DNA of 62,447 nucleotides, counting the filler, from Candidatus Ancaeobacter aquaticus (lineage in GTDB: Bacteria; Auribacterota; Ancaeobacteria; Ancaeobacterales; Ancaeobacteraceae), in NCBI GenBank assembly GCA_030765405.1. It is 6 parts of 6 records of this genome, joined end to end, with 100 filler letters (N's around TTAATTAATTAA, not from the genome) between each part and the next. Parts side by side here need not be neighbours in the genome. Positions count along the whole stretch, not along the records: positions 21,582 to 52,531 come from JAVCCP010000023.1; 5 more parts are not named here. One strand, 5' to 3'. The notes under the pieces are model-generated. The model made no database searches. It saw only the letters and a list, made by a program, of their open reading frames with translations, and had not been told where the DNA came from. Within the stretch, counting starts at the first letter, position 1. Every line of letters begins with the position of its first letter. Shown here one piece after another: positions 28,321-37,037 of the stretch. Made by a program: the position numbers and the translations under genes.

Positions 28321-31300
28321 CAAAGTGAAAAGAATAGATGTCATTTTTATAAAGGTTGTTGTACTCGCGATAACGATGGCTTTTTTATGCCAGAACATCG
28401 TGTGGGCAGAGCCAAATACCCTTGCGCCTAAATCCATGTTGAAAGAGGAAGACCTCCTCTCCTTAGATAAGATTGTCAAAGGAATGTCATTAAGAGAAGA
28501 GCTGGGCGGAAAAGGAAGGGGCGGCCGATTAGAAGCACCGTTTGTTGGAAGCATCTGGATTAATGCCGGCTCATTTGAGAATTATTATAAGTTTTGGGTT
28601 GATGGCAAGCGGGTAAAGTTTCAGCGTTACGATAGAGATAGAAAACCGTTGGGAGAGGTTAAGGGTTTTGATTTTGGGGAATCTTTCTCGATAGGAAGCG
28701 TAACAGAAAAACGTTTCACTATTCAGGTAAAAGAAGAATCCGGCCGGAATTATGTAACAATAGAAGACCTTAACACTCCCGAAGGCACGGTCGTTGTGTT
28801 ATATAAGCCTATCGAAGCGATCGAGGAAGATGCCTCTGGACTTGTTCCAATAAATATTTACGAAAAAACTTCTCAGTTAAAAAAACTAATTGTTAAGGAT
28901 ATTCGTCCGGCAAAAATTGAAGATGTGCCCGCTATTAGGAAGCTGGCAAGGCATTACGGGGAATTTAATATTGAACTAATTGAAATCATTGTTAATGAGA
29001 AAAACTCCTGGCCCGAAAAGCAAAAGCAAATAAGTGGACTTTTAGAAGAATTGCCAGACGATGTTAAAAAAATCTACAAAATTAAGCCATTAAATAAATT
29101 TATGGCAAAATTAGAGGATAACGGCAAATTGATAGAACCGCAATCTGATAAAGTTCAATATCTTTTAGAATCAGCATTGGATATGGAAACCAAAGATGAG
29201 GTTGATAGGATACTTAACAAAGCTGTTGATGTAACGTATGACGAACCATATCCGGGGATACCTGTTCTTGGAGTGGAACGCGAATTGTTTAATGAAATAG
29301 CGGATAAATTAGGATATCCAGGCTATGCATCTGGACAGTGTCTTCGCGCCAATAATAAAGTGGATCCGAGTTTCATAATGGTTGTGAAAGACGGTGAGGG
29401 AAAGGTGCCTATTTCAACTTTAAAGCATGAAGTGCAGCACTTGATATTATTTTGGTTTGACAAGGTGGGAATTTTAGCAAGTGTTGGTAAAATAATGTCA
29501 TCGCGCGTTAAAGCGTTCAAGGAATTTCGAGAAGAGATATGTTCACATATCTTTGGGGGAACAGATATTATAAGTTTAGTTCCTCAAGCTTTTGTTGATG
29601 AAATAGATAATAAGAAAATTTTAAAGACGGCGGCTATTACAAAGAACTTTGTGGGATTGTGTATCAGGATAGCCGAAGAAAAAGGGATACCAAAAACAGA
29701 TTTTCTTCATACCGCAATACAGTCAGGAAATTTTGATGAGTTAAAAGAAAACTGCCTGAGGCTGATTCCGTTTTCTGATATAACGAATAATGAAATAATT
29801 GATGTTTTGCATGAATTGTATAAATCCAATCCCCCGGAATACAGGCAGTATTATGTGGAAGCAGTTCGGGAGTTTATTAAAAAGTCCGGGATCAGAATTC
29901 CGACTGATACTGTAGAAGTTTATGCCTCACTGCTTTTAAGAAATGATAAATCAGTATCTTCATTATCTGGCTTACATAATGCCTTGAGTAAGTTCTCTTT
30001 ATTTTCTCAAGAGATATTTGCTCATCGCATAAATCCTGATACTAAGAAGGAAATACTTTTGGGAGGATGCATAGAGAGAATTCCGCTAAGTAATAAATCA
30101 ATCAGATTCTTAATAGACCAGTATTTGAATATTCATTCAAATATCTTTTCTATACATCCTGAATTTGTTTCTAAAAGTACGCCTAGTGATAGACTTGTTC
30201 GGTCTTTAGCTAGACAGTATTTTAAGATACGTTCTTATATTTCGTCTTCATTGCCGGAAAAAATTGCCGGTTATAATGTAGATCTTGACGGAAACCTGTA
30301 TACTTTTCATAGTTTACTTTTAGAGAATATGCTTATGCCTATTCCATTAGATAAAAGATCTTCCGTGGAATTCGCAGAAGATTTTTTTGGGGATGGATGT
30401 TTTTTCAATATCAAGAATGAAAAACTGAAAAAGATTTATGAAGATATCTTGAAAAATTGTCCCGACTTGAGGAGAGCATTTAAGGAAACAGCAGAAAAAA
30501 TAATTGCTGAAAATGCAAGAGTATATGGGGATATGAATATACCAAAAGACAAACTAGAAAGTGAGATAAAAGAAAGAAGCGATCTTATGCTTGCATTGGT
30601 AGGTGAGGTGGTTGAAGAAAAGGCAAAGCCGGGTGTTACGGTTAAACCTCTGAGTTATCCTGGCTGGACAGAGGAGAAACTAGAAACAGCGGCGGCTGTT
30701 CTTGATAAGATTGCGAAAGAGCACGGCCGAGAAGTTGTTGTGACTACCGAAGGTGAAATTGGCGCCTTTTGGAAGAATTTTCATTATAGCAAAGGGAAAC
30801 TTTATGGAGATATTATAAAACGGCTGGAAACTCTTCGTAAGATAGAGACATTAAATGCTTTAGGGCTTGGCGGGGCTGATACTGCCGTGAAACGTTTTGG
30901 GTCAATTATAAAAATGATTAAGGCACAACTGTATAATCCTGAAATCAGGATGGAAGTAAAGACAGCCGATGGGAGAATAAATATAAGCGGATTAGGGTGG
31001 AGAAGTGAACCTTTGGAAGAGAACCCTCTGGAGGTTAATATAATACCTTTAGAGGAAAAAACTATTAGAGAGGCCTCAGGCGGTCTTCCGACTTTTTCAA
31101 TAGTGAGGAAAGAGGGAGAGAAGAGGATTATTAATGTGTATTTGTCCAATGATAGCAATTCTGAGGTTATGTTTATTAGATTGTTTCACGAGATTATAGA
31201 GTCCATCTTAAAGCTGGAGCTTGCCACAAACGGCTTTAAAGAAGAACAGGTGCATCCAATTGTAACCGGTATATTTGAGCAGCTTCTTTTAGATGAGAGA

Positions 31301-32704
31301 TCGATTCTCGGCAGAATTAGCGATAGAAACTTTGCTGAGTTTGCCGCTAAGGTTGTTGACGGAGATAAGAATAAAAAATATTTTGAAGGAATTATAAAGG
31401 AGACATCAACGAAGGTAGATGAGATTGAAGAGCTTGATTTGAATCCTATTATTCAGAAACATTTGCTTGACCATACATATAACGCGGAGCTTTACGCGAA
31501 AGCGGCATTAAAACTTATTAACCGCGGACGGGGGAGGGATGAGTTGACAGGGATAAATTCGCGGGCCAATTTTCTCCTTGAGGCGGCTAATGAAGCGGAC
31601 AAAGAGGACAAAGAAGACAGTAAAGACTTAGCCAGGGCATTATTTATTGAGACCATTTGCACTACTGATTTTTCTAAGGTTGGTGAAGTCGAATATGCCG
31701 ACGGTTTGAGCGCGTTTAAGATTATATTGGGGAATACAACGTATTTTCATATCCTGCCCCAGGGCAAATATTATGATGCTTTAGATATCTTAGAGTCTGA
31801 GATAGATGAATTTATCCACGATCTCCGATTAATGGACGCAAAAATGGTCTTTGAAGCTTATAAGAATATTTTAAGTGGAATGTTGGTTGCCCCCGATAAT
31901 GGAAAAGAGGTCCGCAACTCCTTTGATAAGTATTATAGAAATATAGACAAGATTGGCAAGAAGATAAAGCGCGAGACAATGATTGATGAGTATTATAGGA
32001 CGGAGGTAATCTCTATTCTATTGGAGGAGGATAAAAGCGCCAGGGACTTAGACTTGATCGAATTAGAGAAAAAGATTGAGAAGTTAAGAACGTGGTTGGG
32101 AAAACGAAAACCAACAGAAAAGATTCCTGATATAACAACTTGTTTTCGTTTGATGGGTCCAGAAATTAAATCTGAGAAAGAGATGAGGTATTTGATCGGG
32201 CGAATTCAAAAAGGAGATGCGATGGCAGGGGACTCTTTGGTAGGTTACATGGCGTTGTGTATATTAGATATAGCAGACGGTTATACTGAGATACTTGCCT
32301 TTGACGTTGCGGTTAATATAGGTAGTGAAGCTTTACTTCTCGCTGCTAGAGAATATGTTCCTAACTATAAATATGGTAAGTTTAAGTCCTTTTATCCTTA
32401 CGCAAAATCGGTGATAGGCAGGGCATTAGATGATGCTGTGCGTGATCGCTGGGCGCATAGGCTGGATATTCCCAAATCCCTTGCCGCGCGCCTTCCTGAT
32501 TACAACAGTTTGAAAGATGAGTTGGGCTATCCTCCTACGGTGGATGAGATAGCGCAAAATTTGGGGTTAATTAAAAGGGATGCTAAAAGAATGTCCGCCG
32601 CGATGAAAAAATACATTGATGAGAGCGCGGAGGAAGTTGTTAAAGCCGATGAAGAAATTGAAAAAACCCTTAAGGCATATTATTTGATTGGGGCGAGTAA
32701 TTGA
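28313..32704 (+). CDS. Second giant mosaic protein: export leader, HExxH zincin-like motif, shared HExxE block, C-terminal sigma70 region 1.2-3-like domain
   Basis: ATG at 28313 (MKSKVKR...FLCQNIVWAEPNTLAPKS); LKHEVQH...EE; RIQKGDAMAGDSLV...AAREY..KYGKFKSFYPYA...LKDELGYPPTVDEIAQNL. Confidence 0.8.
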   Translation: MKSKVKRIDVIFIKVVVLAITMAFLCQNIVWAEPNTLAPKSMLKEEDLLSLDKIVKGMSLREELGGKGRGGRLEAPFVGSIWINAGSFENYYKFWVDGKRVKFQRYDRDRKPLGEVKGFDFGESFSIGSVTEKRFTIQVKEESGRNYVTIEDLNTPEGTVVVLYKPIEAIEEDASGLVPINIYEKTSQLKKLIVKDIRPAKIEDVPAIRKLARHYGEFNIELIEIIVNEKNSWPEKQKQISGLLEELPDDVKKIYKIKPLNKFMAKLEDNGKLIEPQSDKVQYLLESALDMETKDEVDRILNKAVDVTYDEPYPGIPVLGVERELFNEIADKLGYPGYASGQCLRANNKVDPSFIMVVKDGEGKVPISTLKHEVQHLILFWFDKVGILASVGKIMSSRVKAFKEFREEICSHIFGGTDIISLVPQAFVDEIDNKKILKTAAITKNFVGLCIRIAEEKGIPKTDFLHTAIQSGNFDELKENCLRLIPFSDITNNEIIDVLHELYKSNPPEYRQYYVEAVREFIKKSGIRIPTDTVEVYASLLLRNDKSVSSLSGLHNALSKFSLFSQEIFAHRINPDTKKEILLGGCIERIPLSNKSIRFLIDQYLNIHSNIFSIHPEFVSKSTPSDRLVRSLARQYFKIRSYISSSLPEKIAGYNVDLDGNLYTFHSLLLENMLMPIPLDKRSSVEFAEDFFGDGCFFNIKNEKLKKIYEDILKNCPDLRRAFKETAEKIIAENARVYGDMNIPKDKLESEIKERSDLMLALVGEVVEEKAKPGVTVKPLSYPGWTEEKLETAAAVLDKIAKEHGREVVVTTEGEIGAFWKNFHYSKGKLYGDIIKRLETLRKIETLNALGLGGADTAVKRFGSIIKMIKAQLYNPEIRMEVKTADGRINISGLGWRSEPLEENPLEVNIIPLEEKTIREASGGLPTFSIVRKEGEKRIINVYLSNDSNSEVMFIRLFHEIIESILKLELATNGFKEEQVHPIVTGIFEQLLLDERSILGRISDRNFAEFAAKVVDGDKNKKYFEGIIKETSTKVDEIEELDLNPIIQKHLLDHTYNAELYAKAALKLINRGRGRDELTGINSRANFLLEAANEADKEDKEDSKDLARALFIETICTTDFSKVGEVEYADGLSAFKIILGNTTYFHILPQGKYYDALDILESEIDEFIHDLRLMDAKMVFEAYKNILSGMLVAPDNGKEVRNSFDKYYRNIDKIGKKIKRETMIDEYYRTEVISILLEEDKSARDLDLIELEKKIEKLRTWLGKRKPTEKIPDITTCFRLMGPEIKSEKEMRYLIGRIQKGDAMAGDSLVGYMALCILDIADGYTEILAFDVAVNIGSEALLLAAREYVPNYKYGKFKSFYPYAKSVIGRALDDAVRDRWAHRLDIPKSLAARLPDYNSLKDELGYPPTVDEIAQNLGLIKRDAKRMSAAMKKYIDESAEEVVKADEEIEKTLKAYYLIGASN

Positions 32705-33340
32705 ACGGGAGGCGGATAGGGAAATGAGCTGATGGGCGAATGGATTTTGAGGAAAAAATGAAAAGAATAATGTCATTGCGAGCCACGATAAAATCGGTTT
32801 TGGCAAGGAATTACCAGTATTGCTTTGTCTGTTTCATGTATTATCCGGACTTTTATCCAGATGTGTTTTTCTTTAGGGTAGAGGAGTCTGTAGAGTGTTA
32901 ATGGCCACATGGTTTGTCTCCTTTTTTTGTTTAACCCCCATTCCCACCGCGTAGGAGCCACTTCGTGTCACCTACCGCGGTGAAGAGTTGCACGCAGTGA
33001 TTTGGTTACTGTTTTCTTGGAAACGTTAAGGCTTTTAGCTATATCTTGGAGCTACATTTCTAATAGACGTAATTCTTGGATTTTATGTGCTATCTTCTGA
33101 TAGAGGGGGATATCTTTAACGGGTAGTATCTTGATAGTGGAGTGGGTTTGTTTCGTCCAGATGGCCCACCAGATGTTTAGAGAATAGTTTCGCAGAGCGA
33201 AACTATATCCTACCCCTTGAATTAGTGTATACATGGGATACCTTTTCTGTTCCAGACTAAAAGAAATAGTGCTATAATACCTCTGTAAATATACAATTCT
33301 TGGTGTTGGTTTAAGATAATTAATTGGAAAAGAGAAATAT

Positions 33341-34969
33341 ATGACAAAAAAGAAGATATTTAAAGACCTTGGTCTTTCAGCAAGAGTGCTGGACGCAATT
33401 AATAAAAAGGGGTTTGAAGAGCCAACCGCTATTCAGGCTGTGACTATCCCCGTAATGCTCAGAGATGATACTAATATCATTGCACAAGCCCAAACAGGTA
33501 CAGGTAAAACGGCTGCGTTTGGCTTACCTTTGATAGAAATGATTAACGCAGATTCCAAAACAGTTCAGGCACTTATTCTTGTTCCTACACGAGAGCTCGC
33601 TATTCAGGTATCCGAAGAAATCAATTCTCTCAAAGGTGACAAGGCTATCAAAATAATGCCGATATATGGCGGGCAATCTATTGACCAGCAGTTACGCAGA
33701 TTGAAAAAAAATGTGCATATTGTCGTTGGGACTCCGGGCAGGGTGATTGACCATCTTAACAGAAAGACATTAAAGATCAGAGAAATCGAGCACCTGATAC
33801 TTGACGAAGCAGATGAAATGCTCAATATGGGATTCATCGAGGATATGGAAGAAATAATGGAGCATACAAATCCTGATAAAAGAACGCTATTGTTTTCTGC
33901 GACAATGCCAAAAAAGATTAAGGATCTTGCACACAAGTATATGAAAGGTTATGAGTTCCTCACTGTTAAAAAAGAGCAACTGACAACTGATCTGACAGAG
34001 CAAATATACTTTGAGGTAAAAGCCTCTGATAAATTTGAGGCACTATGCAGGATAATTGATATAGAAGATGATTTTTACAGTTTAGTTTTCTGCAGAACAA
34101 AGAGTGATGTGGATTCTGTTGCAGCTCATTTGATGGATAGAGGATATGATGTAGAGGCTATTCATGGAGATATTTCGCAGGCGCAAAGAGAAAGAACACT
34201 AGAAAGATTTAAGAAACAAAGAGTCAATATTCTTGTAGCAACAGATGTTGCGGCACGTGGAATTGACGTTAATAATCTTACCCACGTTATTAACTATTCA
34301 CTACCTCAAGATCCAGAGTCGTATGTTCATCGAATAGGTCGCACAGGAAGGGCCGGTAATGAAGGGACGGCTATTACATTTATTACTCCTAGTGAGTATA
34401 GACAACTAATGTTTATACAGCGCTTCGTCAAGACTGATATTAAGAAAGCAAAAATACCGAGGGTCGAAGATATTATTAAAGCCAAAAAGAAAAAGATACA
34501 CGATGATCTGGCTGCTATTCTTGAAGATAAGATTGATGTTAAATATTACGACTTAGCAAAGAAACTGCTTCAAGGCAATAATCCGACAGAAATGTTAGCT
34601 GCTATACTTAATTATAGTTTTGAAGAAGAACTCAATCCTGACACCTACGGTGAGATAAAAGATGTTAGATCAAAGGGGAAGCAACTTGATCAAGAGGGCA
34701 AAACAAGGCTTTTTGTTGCGCTTGGCAAGAAGGACAAGATTAATCCCAAAAAACTCGCAGAGCTTATTATGAGTAAAGTCTCGGTTAAGGCAAAACATAT
34801 CGGAGATATACAAGTAATGGACAAGTTCTCTTTTATAACTGTTCCTTTTGAAAAAGCTGAGGAGATCGTCGTTAGCTTTAAAGAAAGGGGTCAGAAGCCG
34901 CTTATTACGCATGCCAAGAAAAGAACAGATAACAATGATGAGCGACGTACACGCAAATCGCGTCGCTGA
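33341..34969 (+). CDS. deaD: DEAD-box RNA helicase, DeaD/CsdA-like, with DbpA RNA-binding domain
   Basis: AQTGTGKT, PTRELA, TPGR, DEAD, SAT, HRIGRTGRAG; C-terminal RLFVALGKKD. Confidence 0.9.
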   Translation: MTKKKIFKDLGLSARVLDAINKKGFEEPTAIQAVTIPVMLRDDTNIIAQAQTGTGKTAAFGLPLIEMINADSKTVQALILVPTRELAIQVSEEINSLKGDKAIKIMPIYGGQSIDQQLRRLKKNVHIVVGTPGRVIDHLNRKTLKIREIEHLILDEADEMLNMGFIEDMEEIMEHTNPDKRTLLFSATMPKKIKDLAHKYMKGYEFLTVKKEQLTTDLTEQIYFEVKASDKFEALCRIIDIEDDFYSLVFCRTKSDVDSVAAHLMDRGYDVEAIHGDISQAQRERTLERFKKQRVNILVATDVAARGIDVNNLTHVINYSLPQDPESYVHRIGRTGRAGNEGTAITFITPSEYRQLMFIQRFVKTDIKKAKIPRVEDIIKAKKKKIHDDLAAILEDKIDVKYYDLAKKLLQGNNPTEMLAAILNYSFEEELNPDTYGEIKDVRSKGKQLDQEGKTRLFVALGKKDKINPKKLAELIMSKVSVKAKHIGDIQVMDKFSFITVPFEKAEEIVVSFKERGQKPLITHAKKRTDNNDERRTRKSRR

Positions 34970-35058
34970 TGCCAGTTGTTAGATAGTCGAGTATATTTGC
35001 AAAAAATCCCTTGTTTCATATTTTGCTGAATGTATAATTGAGTGCAATAGGATAGACT

Positions 35059-36414
35059 ATGCACCGGAATATATTTAGAGTATTCATAATAGCACTTCTG
35101 ATACTTTCCTCAACATATGCGTATGGCGAGGACGAAACTGTTTCCTCTCAAGAAATTTCATTTCCTCAATCATGGTTTGAGCAAAAAAACGCTACTGGTG
35201 ACTGGGGTGGTTTTCGTAACAAGATCGATGATTCCGGATTAACATTCACTTCTAATTATACTACGAATGTAGGCGGTAACCCTGTCGGTGGTAAAAAGAA
35301 AACCGTAACCTATTGCGCGTTTCAGGACATTACTCTGGCGGTTGACTTTGAAAAACTCGTTTCACTCAATGGTTTGCATCTTACCGTGAGCAATTGTCTG
35401 GCAACCGGAAGAAATCTCTCTGACACGCTCGGTGATTTCTTTGGTGTTCAGGAGATCTATGCTCCCGGTGACTATTATTTTGGAGAGCTTGATCTTTCTC
35501 TATCTCTTTTTGAAAAAACGCTTACCTTTGAAGTCGGTCGACTTTTTGCCGGTGATGTTTTTGCAACATCTCCCCTGTGGCAGTACTATGTGAACAGTGG
35601 AATAAATGATAATCTTAATTCTATTGGCGCAAATATCTTCTTCCCTAGTTTTCAAGTGGCCGCGTGGGCTGCACGTATTACGTATTCTCCAAATGAGCAA
35701 TGGGAACTTGTTACAGGACTGTATAATGCAGATCCTTCTGTCAAAGATCCTGATCGCCACGGAGTTAATTTTAATTTTGATACAAGTCATGGGGCTCTTC
35801 TTATGAGCCAGCTGACACATAAATGGCAAAATGCTCACAAAAAAAAGAATTTACCGGGAAGTGTTTGTTTTGGCGGCTATTATGCAAGTGATAAGTATGA
35901 GGATCTTTCTGTTTCAGGCAGGTTGCATAAAGGGAATTACGGATTTTACTTTACGTTCGATCAGATGTTATATAGAAGTGAATGGCCAAGTTTTTCTGGT
36001 CCGGAAGATAAGCGTCTAGGCACACGTTACGCTGATCGCGTGAAAGGATCATATCATCCGCAAACGTCTATACCTCTTGATCGGCCAAAAGGACTTTCTT
36101 TATGGGGTGGGGCGTATCTTGCACCTGACGATAATATTAATACGCAGATATACCAGCTTGCGGGTGGATTGGTCTTCCAAGGGCTTGCTCCAAACCGTGA
36201 TCTAGATGTGACGGCTCTGTGTTTTCTCATGGGAAAATTTAGTAATAAAATGCCCGAACAGGGAGCGGAAATAGCGCTCGAAGTTAATCACCGATTTCAA
36301 CTTGGTCCGTGGTTTTACATTACTCCGGATGTGCAGTACATTATTAATCCGAATGGACAAACCGACATTAAAGATGCTCTTGTATTAGGCTTTGAGATGA
36401 GTGTTGATTTCTGA
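35059..36414 (+). CDS. oprB: Carbohydrate-selective porin, OprB family
   Basis: Signal peptide, ATGDWGGFR...GNPVGG, ITPDVQYIINP, C-terminal Phe. Confidence 0.85.
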   Translation: MHRNIFRVFIIALLILSSTYAYGEDETVSSQEISFPQSWFEQKNATGDWGGFRNKIDDSGLTFTSNYTTNVGGNPVGGKKKTVTYCAFQDITLAVDFEKLVSLNGLHLTVSNCLATGRNLSDTLGDFFGVQEIYAPGDYYFGELDLSLSLFEKTLTFEVGRLFAGDVFATSPLWQYYVNSGINDNLNSIGANIFFPSFQVAAWAARITYSPNEQWELVTGLYNADPSVKDPDRHGVNFNFDTSHGALLMSQLTHKWQNAHKKKNLPGSVCFGGYYASDKYEDLSVSGRLHKGNYGFYFTFDQMLYRSEWPSFSGPEDKRLGTRYADRVKGSYHPQTSIPLDRPKGLSLWGGAYLAPDDNINTQIYQLAGGLVFQGLAPNRDLDVTALCFLMGKFSNKMPEQGAEIALEVNHRFQLGPWFYITPDVQYIINPNGQTDIKDALVLGFEMSVDF

Positions 36415-36429
36415 TGGGATTTATTTACC

Positions 36430-36985
36430 ATTAACAACTGATTTTCAGCTCATGTTTCTTTTTTCAATGGGTATTACAAAGGGTAAGTGGGGGACGCTCA
36501 TAAATACACTTCTTAAGTTTAAGAGTTTTTATGATAATAACACACCGGTCGCTGAAGTGCTTCCTGATTTAGCGAAACAGCATCCTGAGCAGTATGCCGA
36601 GATTGGTATTCGTGAACTTTCCGATAAGATGTTTAGTTATATCAGGAAAAATACACCGGGAGATAAACTGAATGCCGCGTTTGCAAATATTCCTGAGCAG
36701 GTTATGACACCGAGAGAAGCGTACATGGCGATTGTTGCAGACAATATTGAAATGGTACCAACTGAAAAACTCGTAAATAGAATAACCGCAAACTCGATTA
36801 TCCCGTATCCTCCGGGAATACCAATGCTCATGTCTGGTGAACGGTTCGGAGATAAGAAGAGCTCGCAAATTGGGTATCTTAGAGCGCTGAAAGAATGGGA
36901 TTATGAATTTCCCGGATTTGAACACGTAACAGAAGGTGCTGAGGTAATAGACGGCGTCTATAATGTTATGTGCGTTAAAGAATGA
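36430..36985 (+). pseudogene. Orn/Lys/Arg decarboxylase C-terminal fragment only
   Basis: TTDFQLMFLFSMG.TKGKWGTL...MTPREAY...IPYPPGIP...FPGFEH; the PLP-binding core is missing and the fragment abuts the porin stop. Confidence 0.75.
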
Positions 36986-37037
36986 CTGTTTGAGTCTTTA
37001 GTTAGTTTAAAGCGCACTATGAGATAGAGAGGTAGAT

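Noticed and set aside
25700..32090. Shared blocks as a diversity-generating retroelement TR/VR pair
   Set aside because: No reverse transcriptase in the window, both copies are coding, and differences include indels and non-adenine changes
32773..33234. Short minus-strand ORFs and a possible leader RNA near 32950-33000
   Set aside because: No recognisable domain or riboswitch consensus; probably decayed accessory DNA
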